From: Alphaproteobacteria bacterium
Lineage (GTDB): Bacteria > Pseudomonadota > Alphaproteobacteria > Rhizobiales > BM303
DNA: 64,000 bases
Direction of reading: 5' to 3'
Assembly: GCA_024275895.1 (NCBI GenBank)
Contig: JAJRYE010000006.1
Span: forward strand, 26,139-90,138
The position numbers and the translations under genes were made by a program. Position 1 is the stretch's first letter. Every line of letters starts with the position of its first letter. Below are positions 26,669 to 35,783 of the stretch, in pieces. The notes under the pieces are model-generated. The model did not search any database. It saw only the letters and a program-made list of their open reading frames with translations, and was not told where the DNA came from.

Positions 26669-28549
26669 ATGTTCTTGAAGGGATTGACCTGGACGATTGT
26701 TATCTCGCTCGTCCTCTCTGTCTTGGCTGTTTTTATCAACCGGGACAAGGTTGAATCGGATCTGGTTTCACGCGCATTTGCCAGCCTGAGCCAGTTCAAC
26801 AGGGGCTGGGTCAAAATCAGGGCCGAAGGGCGCGATCTCACTTTCGCGGGTAAATCCCCCCTGACGGCGCTGCAAAAAAGCGCTCTTGAGGCAGTTGAAA
26901 ACGTAAACGGCGTCCGGATTGTCAGTGATCGTTCAACCGTCAGGCCCAAAGCCGTGCCCTATCAATGGTCGGCAACGCGCACCGGGACGGGTTTTATCCT
27001 CAAAGGCTATGCGCCCTCGCCTGAATTGCGCGCTGATATTGTAGAAAAAGCGCGGCTGGTCAGCGGCGGCGTGGCGGTAAAGGATCAGATGGAGCTTGCC
27101 GACGGCGCGCCTGAAGAGGGCTGGAGCGATGCGGTCGAGTTTGGGCTGGCGAATATGGACAAGCTCAAAACCGGCTCGGTCAATGTGGATGAAAACGCGG
27201 TGCGCATCGAGGGCGAGGCAAAGGATGTCAAATCCTATCTGGCCCTGACGGAAGCCTTTCAGGGCGGCGGTGATGCGCCCGATGGTTATATTCTCGCCAG
27301 CAATGTCTCCACGCCGCGCGTGACGGATTTTGTCTGGTCCGCAATACGCAAAAATGGAACCATTGTTCTGAAAGGTTATGCGCCAGGCGAGGAATCGCGC
27401 GAGGAGATCGAGGCCATGGTCATTGATGTGGCCAATGGCGCCAGCGTCGACAACCAGCTCAAACTTGCCTCCGGCGAACCTGCGGACTGGGATGAGCGGA
27501 TAACTTTCGCCATTGAGCATTTAAAAGCGCTCAAATCCGGTGAGGTGCGTATTTCAAACGCCGGTATCATGGTAAGCGGCGAGGCGGTCTCAAATGCTTC
27601 CTATGTCGCCATGACAAAGATGAATGCGCCGGAAGGGGTCAGTGTGACGAAAACAATTTCCCGCCCTGTTGTCGCGCCCTTCATCTGGTCGGCCCGTATT
27701 GATGAGGATGAACTTGTTCTTGGCGGCCGGGTTCCCGATGAGGCAGCGCGCAAGGCGCTGCTGCTAAAGGCAAGAGCTGTTGCCGACGGGCGCAAAGTTG
27801 TCGATGAGATGAAATTTGCCGCCGGAGCGCCGCAAGGCTGGCAGAAACTGAGCACTTTTGCGCTGGAGAATCTGGGGCGGATGAAAACCGGCGAGGTCAA
27901 GCTGAGTGACAGCAAGCTGGCCCTGAAAGGTATGGCGCGCGATGAGGCCGCATTGACGGCAATAAACAGCGCCAAAGCGCCCCAGAGCAGCGGATTGACA
28001 CTGGAAATTATGCCGCCAGAGCCTGGTCCGGCCAAAATCGAGGCTGCCAGAGCCGCGGAAAAAACACGGGGCGCCGCAGAGGCAAAAGCTGCTGAAGACG
28101 CCGCAGAAGCCGCTGAAACCGCAAAAACTGCGGAGAGCGGCAAGGCCGGGGCCGCCAAAACTTCCGAAGCGGAACCGGTATCCCCGGAGGCTTGTCAAAA
28201 CCTGTTGAACAATATTACCAAGCATAAGCCGATCAGTTTCAAGACCGCCAGCGCCGAGCTTGAAGATGTTTCGCAAGGGGCGCTTGGTGTTGTCGCCGCT
28301 GCCCTCAAAAGATGCCCCGAAGCCCAAATCGTAATCGCGGGCTACGCGGATTTTGATGGCGATGATCCGGCAAACCCGGCTTTAAGCGGCAAACGCGCCC
28401 GATCCGTCAAGGCCGGGCTGGTGAAATTGGGCATTGGCGAAAAACGCATGACTGCGCTAGGCTATGGCGAGACAAAACCTTTGGTGCGGAACGATATGCC
28501 GGAAAACAAGATATATAAAAGGCATATTGAATTTATAGTCAAACATTAG
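26669..28549 (+). CDS. OmpA-family peptidoglycan-binding protein with N-terminal TM, BON-like segment and three repeated modules
   Basis: TM LTWTIVISLVLSVLAVFI and three modules of about 105 aa (PYQWSA.., DFVWSA.., PFIWSA..). OmpA_C-like end: IVIAGYADFDGDDPANPALSGKRARSVKAGLVKLGIGEKRMTALGYGETKP. Confidence 0.8.
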   Translation: MFLKGLTWTIVISLVLSVLAVFINRDKVESDLVSRAFASLSQFNRGWVKIRAEGRDLTFAGKSPLTALQKSALEAVENVNGVRIVSDRSTVRPKAVPYQWSATRTGTGFILKGYAPSPELRADIVEKARLVSGGVAVKDQMELADGAPEEGWSDAVEFGLANMDKLKTGSVNVDENAVRIEGEAKDVKSYLALTEAFQGGGDAPDGYILASNVSTPRVTDFVWSAIRKNGTIVLKGYAPGEESREEIEAMVIDVANGASVDNQLKLASGEPADWDERITFAIEHLKALKSGEVRISNAGIMVSGEAVSNASYVAMTKMNAPEGVSVTKTISRPVVAPFIWSARIDEDELVLGGRVPDEAARKALLLKARAVADGRKVVDEMKFAAGAPQGWQKLSTFALENLGRMKTGEVKLSDSKLALKGMARDEAALTAINSAKAPQSSGLTLEIMPPEPGPAKIEAARAAEKTRGAAEAKAAEDAAEAAETAKTAESGKAGAAKTSEAEPVSPEACQNLLNNITKHKPISFKTASAELEDVSQGALGVVAAALKRCPEAQIVIAGYADFDGDDPANPALSGKRARSVKAGLVKLGIGEKRMTALGYGETKPLVRNDMPENKIYKRHIEFIVKH

Positions 28550-28558
28550 GAAAGGGGC

Positions 28559-28660
28559 ATGACCATGATGTATCTTCTTGAACAGCAACTCTTATGGGTC
28601 ATTCTGGCTCTGATTGTTGGTATAGTTCTGGGTTTTTTCTTTTGCCGGAAACCCTCCTGA
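28559..28660 (+). CDS. Candidate 33-codon single-TM micro-protein
   Basis: MTMMYLLEQQLLWVILALIVGIVLGFFFCRKPS. It follows the OmpA-like stop by 10 nt behind a purine-rich AGGAAAGGGG. Its TM shares the A-x3-G-x3-G-x3-C-R pattern with the N-terminus of the next protein. Confidence 0.4.
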   Translation: MTMMYLLEQQLLWVILALIVGIVLGFFFCRKPS

Positions 28661-28707
28661 CAGAAAAACTCTAAAAGCGGTCACAATTTCGAGACGGGGT
28701 GATTTCA

Positions 28708-29385
28708 ATGACTATGTATGTATTTCAAACTATCCTGCTTTTGCTTCTCGCAGGTGTAATCGGCTATTTGATCGGGTGTCTGCTTTGCCGCTGGTTCTGT
28801 AGTTCCAGACAAGACGCACAATCCTCTGCCGCTGCGGCGGGCAGCACGGCAATCGCGGCTAAATCCGGGGAAGAAGCCAAAGCCGAGACAGAAGCAAAAC
28901 CCGAGCCGGAAGCGGTATCTGAACCTGAGCCCGAGCCGGAGGCAAAACCCGAGCCGGAAGCAGCATCTGAACCCGAGCCGGAGCCGGAGCCGGAGCCCGA
29001 ACCCAAGCCGGAAGTGAAACCCGAGCCTGAGGCGAAATCCGAGCGCGAGCCCGAGCCGGAAGCGGAAGTCGTGACTTTCGCCGCGACCACCGGGCCTGAG
29101 CCGGTCACTCTCCCGGCGCCGAAGGGCGGCAAGGCGGATGACCTCAAGCGCATCAAGGGCGTTGGGCCAAAACTTGAGCAGACCCTGAATGAACTGGGTT
29201 TTTACCACTTCGCACAGATCGCGGTCTGGACGCCGGAGAATGTCGCCTGGGTCGATGATCACCTCAAGTTCAAGGGTCGGATTGAGCGCGACGACTGGAT
29301 GGCGCAGGCGAAATTGCTTGCCGAAGGCGGCGAGACGGAATTCTCCAAACGCGTTGACAAGGATAAGGTGGGATCAAGCAAATGA
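28708..29385 (+). CDS. Membrane-anchored Pro/Glu-repeat protein with C-terminal helix-hairpin-helix/H3TH-like domain (COG3743-like)
   Basis: [23 protein letters not shown], ([12 protein letters not shown])n low complexity, and C-terminal [59 protein letters not shown]. Confidence 0.75.
   Translation: MTMYVFQTILLLLLAGVIGYLIGCLLCRWFCSSRQDAQSSAAAAGSTAIAAKSGEEAKAETEAKPEPEAVSEPEPEPEAKPEPEAASEPEPEPEPEPEPKPEVKPEPEAKSEREPEPEAEVVTFAATTGPEPVTLPAPKGGKADDLKRIKGVGPKLEQTLNELGFYHFAQIAVWTPENVAWVDDHLKFKGRIERDDWMAQAKLLAEGGETEFSKRVDKDKVGSSK
28884..29075 (+). repeat. In-frame tandem repeat encoding the Pro/Glu-rich linker
   Basis: Two near-identical 48-nt units (gcaaaacccgagccggaagc[g/a]g[t/c]atctgaacc[t/c]gag...) followed by degenerate gagccg/gaaccc hexamers. 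Translates to AKPEPEA(V/A)SEPEPEPE repeats. Confidence 0.8.
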
Positions 29386-29426
29386 GCCACGCTGGAGCCT
29401 TACTCCCTGAAAGCTAATTCTGGATA

Positions 29427-29462
29427 AGAGTTTCTTGTTCCTATGTGAAACTCTTTGTTTTT
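29427..29462 (+). terminator. Rho-independent terminator after the Pro/Glu-repeat protein gene
   Basis: Perfect 8-bp stem AGAGTTTC / GAAACTCT, 12-nt loop, then TTTGTTTTT. Confidence 0.7.
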
Positions 29463-29468
29463 AATTGT

Positions 29469-29552
29469 TATCCCTGCGAAGGCAGGGATCCAGGCCGGGT
29501 TTTTCCGTCAGCTGATGGCCTGTTTCGGATTCCTGCCTTCGCAGGAATGACT
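29469..29552. repeat. Pair of REP-like palindromic elements in inverted orientation
   Basis: tATCCCTGCGAAGGCAGGGATcc (29469-29491) and ggATTCCTGCCTTCGCAGGAATgac (29528-29552). The 14-nt cores CCTGCGAAGGCAGG and CCTGCCTTCGCAGG are exact reverse complements. Confidence 0.7.
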
Positions 29553-29625
29553 TAAAAAAGGGAGCATTTTGTTTCCCTTAAACCGATTCAGCATTTTAAA
29601 ATAGCCGGGGCAGACACTCCGCCTT

Positions 29626-31728
29626 TTATTTTGAGTCGGAAATCCGCTGGATGAGCGATGTGATGCCGCCGCCGCGCTGTAAATCCGCTTGCAGCCGGAT
29701 GGGGTTGGTGGAGCCGTTGAGGCGGGCGCGGTAAACCTGCGTGTTTTCCAGCACATGCTGGACGTAATTGCGGGTTTCGGTGAAAGGAATAAGCTCTATC
29801 CAGTCGATCGGGTCCACCTTGCCCCGGCGCGGATCGCCGTAAGCCCTGATCCATTTGGGGATATTGCCCTTGCCGGCGTTATAGGCGGCGATGGTCATGA
29901 TGTAAGAGCCGGAAAACCGCTTCAAAAGATCATCAAGATGCACCGTGCCGAGTTTGGCGTTATAGGCGGCGCTGGCTGTCAGCCTTGCCTTTGAGTATTT
30001 AAAGCCGTGCTGTTTGGCGATATGCCGCGCGGTGCCGGGCATGATCTGCATCAGCCCGCGCGCGCCGGCATGGCTTTTGGCTTTTGGATTAAACTCGCTC
30101 TCCTGGCGGATAAGACCGTAAACCATTGCCTTTTCAACCCGTTTCGTCCGGGGCAGGGCGGGCATGCCGCCTTTGGGATAGGCATAAAAACGGGTGGGGT
30201 AGCCGCGTTTCAAGCCGATTTTACCCACTCTGAGCACCCAGTGTTTGAGTTTGAAATCATCCGCCAGCTCAGCCAGAAGACGAAATTCCTGTGCCGATTT
30301 AAGCCGGCTTGTCAGGTTGTAAAAGAACGGATTGAGCAACCGGCCATATCCGGCCGTATACAGCAGTTTCATGGCGCGCACCGTCTCAAGCGATAAAAAG
30401 GCGCGCCGCGCTGCCGCAGTTGCCCTTTTCGGCCGCGGGAAGGAAATCCTGGCATTGCGCGAAAGGGCATTGAGCGCCAGTTGGCCATAATATTTGGTTG
30501 GATAGAGGGCGGCTTTTTCAAGATGCGTCCTGGCCTGCGCTTTTGTTCCGAGGCGCTGATTGGCGCGTCCCAGCCAGTATTGCGCCCGGGATATGCGAGA
30601 GGGGGAGTTCGCATTCTTGTTCAGGCGTGTAAAATGCTTCAGCGCCAGTTTGGGTTTTTTCAAAAACCGCAGCGCGATAAATCCGGCCAGAAACTCAGCA
30701 TCGGAGAAATAGAACCCGGATGAAAACCCGTGCGCGGCGGCAAGTCTGTAGGCGTCGCGGTATTTGCCCATAGCAAGCGCCTTGCGTGCTCCGATGCGCC
30801 GCTCGGTCCACCATTCGATCGGATTGCCCAGACGCTTGTGATCCGTGGGGGCCTGAAGCAGCAACCGGATAGCCTTGGCGCTGTTCTTGTTGCGCCGGTT
30901 CCACTGAATGCGGTTATAAAGAAGGCCGATATTTTTTGAGCGCGGCCCCCGGAGGACAGCGGCGATTTTGCGCGCCGCATGGCGCGAGCGCTTCATCACC
31001 GCGATGCGCGCCTGCGCCATGCGGACATAGTCGCGATTGAGCCGTTTCGCCGCCCGCAACCCGGCCTCCGCCGTGGCGCGTTTATACAGCATCCGGTTCA
31101 TGCGGATTTTATGATCGGTTTTGGTCAAAAAGCGCCTCAAGCCGCTTTTCATGATTTTCAGTTCAGCTCTGGAGCCCAGAGAATCATAATGCCAGGCGCT
31201 TTTGATCAGGCTTTGCGCCTGTTTTTTATTGCCCTGCGCCAGATGCGCCAGCGCCAGCGCCGCCTTGCCATTGCCCGAAAGCGGCGGATAGGATTTGAAA
31301 TAGCGCAATACAATCCGCGCCGGCTGGTTTTCACGCATCAAGGTCCACTCCGCCTTGCGGCGCAGCGTCCGGGGACTGGGCCAATGGGGGTTTTGCCTGA
31401 TAAACTCGTATATCCGCACAAAACCGGCATCACCCGCCCTGGCCTTGAGGTAAAACCATTCAACGGTTTTTCTGGCGATCTTATTGTTTTGAGCCAGTTG
31501 AAAGGCTTTGGGGAATTTTCCCGCCACCGCCGCCCTGATGGCCGCCCTGCTGTCTGATTTGCCGGAAAAAGACAAAAAAGAGGACCCGGATGAGGCCTTT
31601 TGATTCGTTTGGGCTTTTACAAGCGGTGCCGGGATGAGGCTGAAAATGATGAAGCCTGCAGCCAAAGCATAAATAAATTCATTTTTTAAAGCAACAGGTT
31701 GCAACTTTTTAAAGCGGAATATAGCCAT
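29626..31728 (-). CDS. slt: Soluble lytic murein transglycosylase (Slt70-like)
   Basis: Signal peptide (..AAGFIIFSLIPAPLVKAQ), a superhelical repeat region and a C-terminal SLT domain: GLIRQESEFNPKAKSHAGARGLMQIMPGTA...AAYNAG. ATG 31728 is preferred to the GTG at 31860. Confidence 0.88.
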   Translation of the reverse strand: MAIFRFKKLQPVALKNEFIYALAAGFIIFSLIPAPLVKAQTNQKASSGSSFLSFSGKSDSRAAIRAAVAGKFPKAFQLAQNNKIARKTVEWFYLKARAGDAGFVRIYEFIRQNPHWPSPRTLRRKAEWTLMRENQPARIVLRYFKSYPPLSGNGKAALALAHLAQGNKKQAQSLIKSAWHYDSLGSRAELKIMKSGLRRFLTKTDHKIRMNRMLYKRATAEAGLRAAKRLNRDYVRMAQARIAVMKRSRHAARKIAAVLRGPRSKNIGLLYNRIQWNRRNKNSAKAIRLLLQAPTDHKRLGNPIEWWTERRIGARKALAMGKYRDAYRLAAAHGFSSGFYFSDAEFLAGFIALRFLKKPKLALKHFTRLNKNANSPSRISRAQYWLGRANQRLGTKAQARTHLEKAALYPTKYYGQLALNALSRNARISFPRPKRATAAARRAFLSLETVRAMKLLYTAGYGRLLNPFFYNLTSRLKSAQEFRLLAELADDFKLKHWVLRVGKIGLKRGYPTRFYAYPKGGMPALPRTKRVEKAMVYGLIRQESEFNPKAKSHAGARGLMQIMPGTARHIAKQHGFKYSKARLTASAAYNAKLGTVHLDDLLKRFSGSYIMTIAAYNAGKGNIPKWIRAYGDPRRGKVDPIDWIELIPFTETRNYVQHVLENTQVYRARLNGSTNPIRLQADLQRGGGITSLIQRISDSK

Positions 31729-31956
31729 ATAAAACAACTCAATGCTCTTTTTTATTAAACAAATAATATAAGCAAAATCTGTAACCCGTCCCTCGTTTCT
31801 ACCATCTAAAGATGGCAAAAAACGGAAGGTTGTGAATCCTTGCCATAAGCTGCACTCCACACCAGCTCCCTCAATAAAGCCTTAATCTTCTGTTGACCCG
31901 TGAAGGGGGGAGAGGCAAAACAGGCATATCGGGTCTTGGATTTTCATGAGGGCGGA

Positions 31957-32220
31957 ATGAGGTTTTTTACAATCGCTACAAGATGCGCGGCGGCAATCGG
32001 GATGCTTGCCGCGCTCGCCGCGTGTTCCCCGGCTAATGACGGATATCCGAAAATCAGCGAGATCAAAACGCCTCATCCCAATTTTCTCACCCCGAAGCAG
32101 CAACGGGCGAGAAAAAACCAGATGGAGCGCGCCAAGGCTGCCCATGTCTATCGCGAACGCAGCCGGATCCGGGAACGTTCGCGCCGGCTGAAGGCAAACA
32201 GGGAATTGCAACCGGAATAA
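31957..32220 (+). CDS. Small basic lipoprotein, function unknown
   Basis: MRFFTIATRCAAAIGMLAALAAC lipobox (LAAC) followed by a K/R-rich region. The internal ATG 31957 is chosen because it creates the signal peptide. Confidence 0.55.
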   Translation: MRFFTIATRCAAAIGMLAALAACSPANDGYPKISEIKTPHPNFLTPKQQRARKNQMERAKAAHVYRERSRIRERSRRLKANRELQPE

Positions 32221-32242
32221 ATCAAGTCAACGAGCCGGAATT

Positions 32243-33490
32243 ATGACCATGAATAGCGATTATTACCGTATCAAGCGTTTGCCGCCTTATGTCTTTGAAG
32301 GGGTCAACCGCCTGAAAGCCGCCGCCAGGGCCAAAGGCGAGGACATTATCGATTTCGGCATGGGCAATCCGGACATGCCTACCCCGGAGCATATTGTCGA
32401 AAAACTGATCGAAACGGTAAAAAAACCACGCACAAACCGCTATTCCGCCTCGCGCGGCATTCCCGGTTTGCGCAAGGCGCAGGCGAAATATTATGAGCGC
32501 CGCTTTGGCGTCAGGCTTGACCCTGACACCCAGGTGGTGGCCACTCTCGGCTCCAAGGAGGGCTTTGCCAATATCGCCCAGGCCATCACCGCGCCGGGCG
32601 ATGTCATTCTGGTGCCCAATCCAACCTATCCCATTCACCAGTTCGGCTTTATCATCTCCGGCGGCGTCATCCGGGATTTGCGTGCCGAACCGGGGCCGGA
32701 TTTCATGGTCTCGCTCGACAACGCCATGCGGCACTCGGTGCCCAAACCTATCGCGCTTATTCTGAATTACCCGTCAAACCCGACCGCAAGGGTGGCCGAT
32801 CTTGATTTTTACACCGAAGTGGTGAATTACGCCCGCAAGCATGATCTCATCCTGCTTTCCGACCTTGCCTATGCCGAGATTTATTTTGACGACAATCCGC
32901 CCCCTTCAGTTTTGCAGGTTCCCGGCGCCGTGGATGTCACGGTGGAATTCAGCTCATTGAGCAAAACCTACGCCATGCCCGGCTGGCGCATGGGCTTTGC
33001 GGTCGGCAATGAGCGCCTGATCGCGGCGCTGGCGCGGGTCAAATCTTATCTTGATTACGGCGCCTTCACCCCCATTCAGGTGGCCTCGGCGGCAGCTCTC
33101 AACGGGCCGCAGGAGTGCATTGACGATATCCGCAATATCTATAAAGAGCGCCGCGATGTCATGGTAGACGCCATCGGCCGCGCCGGATGGGACATTCCTC
33201 TGCCGCCCGCCACCATGTTTGCCTGGGCGCCGGTGCCCGAACCCTTCACCGCGCTTGGCTCGGTTGGATTTTCGCAATTGCTGCTGGAAAAAGCCGGGGT
33301 TGCCGTCTCGCCCGGTCTCGGCTTTGGCGAATATGGCGAGGGTTTTGTCCGGCTGGCGCTTGTTGAGAATGAGCAGCGCATCCGCCAGGCGGCGCGCAAT
33401 ATCAAAAAATTCATGAGCAGCGCCGATACGCATTTGCATAATATTTTGCCCGTTGCCTCAGGGGCGGGCGGAGAGAAGAAAAAATCATGA
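32243..33490 (+). CDS. Class I/II PLP-dependent aminotransferase (AlaA/AspC-like)
   Basis: RIKRLPPYVFEGVNRLK, DFGMGNPDMPTP, NYPSNPT, PLP-lysine context SLSKTYAMPGWRMGF. Stop overlaps the hom start (ATGA). Confidence 0.85.
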   Translation: MTMNSDYYRIKRLPPYVFEGVNRLKAAARAKGEDIIDFGMGNPDMPTPEHIVEKLIETVKKPRTNRYSASRGIPGLRKAQAKYYERRFGVRLDPDTQVVATLGSKEGFANIAQAITAPGDVILVPNPTYPIHQFGFIISGGVIRDLRAEPGPDFMVSLDNAMRHSVPKPIALILNYPSNPTARVADLDFYTEVVNYARKHDLILLSDLAYAEIYFDDNPPPSVLQVPGAVDVTVEFSSLSKTYAMPGWRMGFAVGNERLIAALARVKSYLDYGAFTPIQVASAAALNGPQECIDDIRNIYKERRDVMVDAIGRAGWDIPLPPATMFAWAPVPEPFTALGSVGFSQLLLEKAGVAVSPGLGFGEYGEGFVRLALVENEQRIRQAARNIKKFMSSADTHLHNILPVASGAGGEKKKS

Positions 33491-34803
33491 GTTCAGGAAA
33501 AAGTGAGCCCCTGAAGATCGGCATTGCCGGTTTGGGAACGGTTGGTTGCGGCGTGATCAAATCGCTGCGCACCCATGGGCAGGCTCTCACCCAAAAATGC
33601 GGCCGCGAGTTGGTGCTGGCCGGGGTGAGCGCCCGCAGCCGCGCCAGGGAGCGGGGGGTCAGTCTTGACAATGTCACATGGTATGATGATGCCCGGCAAC
33701 TGGCGCAGTCAAACGAGATTGATGTTTTTGTCGAGTTGATCGGCGGCGAGGAGGGCATGGCGCTGGAGAGCGTGAAAGCTGCCCTTTCCAGCTCCCGCCC
33801 GGTGGTAACCGCCAATAAAGCGCTTCTGGCTCGTCATGGGACAAAGCTGGCCGAACTGGCGGAAAAAAACGGCGTGGCCCTGAATTACGAGGCCGCTGTT
33901 GCCGGCGGCATTCCGATTGTCAAAACCTTGCGCGAGAGCCTTGCAGGCAATGAAATCTCACGGGTTTACGGCATTATGAACGGCACCTGCAATTATATCC
34001 TCACCCGGATGGAAAACGAGGGCAAGGATTTTGCCGACATCCTCGCCGATGCGCAAAAGCTCGGCTATGCCGAGGCCGATCCTACGGCGGATATCGGCGG
34101 CTTTGATACCGCGCATAAACTTTCCATCCTCACCTCGCTCGCCTTTGGCACCGTCATTGATTTTGACAGCGTTTATGTTGAGGGCATTGATCGCATCACA
34201 TCCGCCGATCTGGAGGCTGCCGCCAGTCTTGGCTACCGCATAAAGCTGCTGGGGGTTGCGGTCAAAACCGATACCGGGATCGAGCAGCGGGTTCACCCCA
34301 CCATGGTGCCCCGGCACTCGGCCATTGCTGAAATCCATGATGTGTTCAATGCGGTCGTGGTCGAGGGTGATTTTGTCGGCGAGTTGATGCTCATGGGGCG
34401 CGGCGCCGGGGAGGGGCCGACTGCATCCTCGGTGGTCTCGGATCTGGCCGATCTGGCGCGCGGCGGTGCGGGCCCTGTTTTTGGCCGCCCGGCAGCAGAG
34501 CTTCTCCCCTATAGGCGCGCCGGCATGCGCGCCCATGAGGGCGGCTATTATGTGCGCCTTGATGTGCCTGACCGGCCCGGCATCATGGCGGCGATTACCA
34601 CAAGGATGGCGGAATACGGCATATCGCTGGAAAGCATTATGCAGCGCGCGCCGGAGGGGGAGCAGGGCGGAATGCATGGCGTGAGCGTTATCCTGATCAC
34701 CCATGAGACAACCGAGTCGGATATGCGCGGCGCGCTGGAGGTGATATTTTCCGATGGCACCGCGAGTGAAAAACCGCAAATGATCAGAATCGAAAGGGCC
34801 TGA
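33487..34803 (+). CDS. hom: Homoserine dehydrogenase
   Basis: IGIAGLGTVGCGV NAD fold, TANKALLA, GIMNGTCNYILT, GYAEADPTADIGGFDTAHKL, and a C-terminal ACT domain. Confidence 0.93.
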   Translation: MSSGKSEPLKIGIAGLGTVGCGVIKSLRTHGQALTQKCGRELVLAGVSARSRARERGVSLDNVTWYDDARQLAQSNEIDVFVELIGGEEGMALESVKAALSSSRPVVTANKALLARHGTKLAELAEKNGVALNYEAAVAGGIPIVKTLRESLAGNEISRVYGIMNGTCNYILTRMENEGKDFADILADAQKLGYAEADPTADIGGFDTAHKLSILTSLAFGTVIDFDSVYVEGIDRITSADLEAAASLGYRIKLLGVAVKTDTGIEQRVHPTMVPRHSAIAEIHDVFNAVVVEGDFVGELMLMGRGAGEGPTASSVVSDLADLARGGAGPVFGRPAAELLPYRRAGMRAHEGGYYVRLDVPDRPGIMAAITTRMAEYGISLESIMQRAPEGEQGGMHGVSVILITHETTESDMRGALEVIFSDGTASEKPQMIRIERA

Positions 34804-34814
34804 GAGCAGAACAT

Positions 34815-35783
34815 ATGAGCCAGAACAAGGATACGCTTGACCGGATTTTCTCCATGGAATTTGCCCGGGTAACCGAGCAGACCGCGATTGCCGCCGCCCG
34901 GTTTTGCGGCCGCGGCGATGAAGAGGCCGCCGACAAGGCCGCTACCGCTGCCATGCATGAGGAACTCTCTTCACTTCCCATGAACGGCACAATTGTCATC
35001 GGTGAATATGAAGACGCGCCCATGCTGGCGGTCGGCTCAAAAACCGGCAATGGCGAGGGACCTGAATTTGACGTGGCGGTTGATCCTCTCGAAGGGGCGA
35101 CCCTGTGCGTCAAGGATTTGCCCAATGCGCTGGTCTCTCTGGCGGTGGCGCAAAAGGGCGGGCTGTTGCATGCGCCGGGTATGTATATGGAAAAAATCGC
35201 CATCGGCGGTGAATATGACAGCCAGATTGTCAGTATTGAGGCCACGCCGCAGGAAAATATCGCCGCTCTTGCCGGGGCGAGGGATATTGAGCCTGAAGAA
35301 ATAACCGTATGTATCCTCGACCGCTCGCGCCATGCGCGTTTAATCGAGGATGTGCGCCAGACCGGCGCCGCCATAAGGCTGATCGGCGATGGCGATATTG
35401 CCGGAGTGATTGCCACCGCCAGTTGGGAGCAGACCGGTGTTGATATCTATATGGGGGTGGGCGGCGCGCCCGAGGGCGTTCTGGCGGCGGCGGCCTTGCG
35501 CTGTGTCGGCGGCCAGATGCAGGGGCGGCTGGTGATCCGCAATCAGGGCGATGCCGCCATGGCGCGCGCGGTCGGCATTGAGGATGCAGGCCGGATTTAC
35601 GATCTGGGGGATCTGGCCAGCGGCGATCTCATCTTTGCCGCCAGCGGCATTACCGACGGGGCCATGTTTGAAGGGGTGCGCTTTGATCATCACTGGATTG
35701 AAACCGACACCATTGTCATGCGGAGCCGGACCGGCACCGTGCGCCGGATCAATACCCGCCATGTGAATTCCAGGGCCCGATGA
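34815..35783 (+). CDS. glpX: Class II fructose-1,6-bisphosphatase
   Basis: FARVTEQTAIAAARFCGRGDEEAADKAA, DVAVDPLEGAT, IRLIGDGDIAGVI, GGAPEGVLAAAALRCVGGQMQGRL. Confidence 0.93.
   Translation: MSQNKDTLDRIFSMEFARVTEQTAIAAARFCGRGDEEAADKAATAAMHEELSSLPMNGTIVIGEYEDAPMLAVGSKTGNGEGPEFDVAVDPLEGATLCVKDLPNALVSLAVAQKGGLLHAPGMYMEKIAIGGEYDSQIVSIEATPQENIAALAGARDIEPEEITVCILDRSRHARLIEDVRQTGAAIRLIGDGDIAGVIATASWEQTGVDIYMGVGGAPEGVLAAAALRCVGGQMQGRLVIRNQGDAAMARAVGIEDAGRIYDLGDLASGDLIFAASGITDGAMFEGVRFDHHWIETDTIVMRSRTGTVRRINTRHVNSRAR

Noticed and set aside
28884-29075. Short tandem DNA repeats that might be mistaken for a CRISPR or minisatellite array
   Set aside because: The repeats are contiguous with no unique spacers. 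They are in frame and translate to a Pro/Glu-rich linker within a clear ORF. No cas genes are nearby.
31882-32211. 109-aa minus-strand ORF opposite the small lipoprotein gene
   Set aside because: The plus-strand reading gives a canonical lipoprotein signal (LAALAAC). The minus-strand product has no such feature. Only one of the two can be real, and the lipobox decides in favour of the plus strand.
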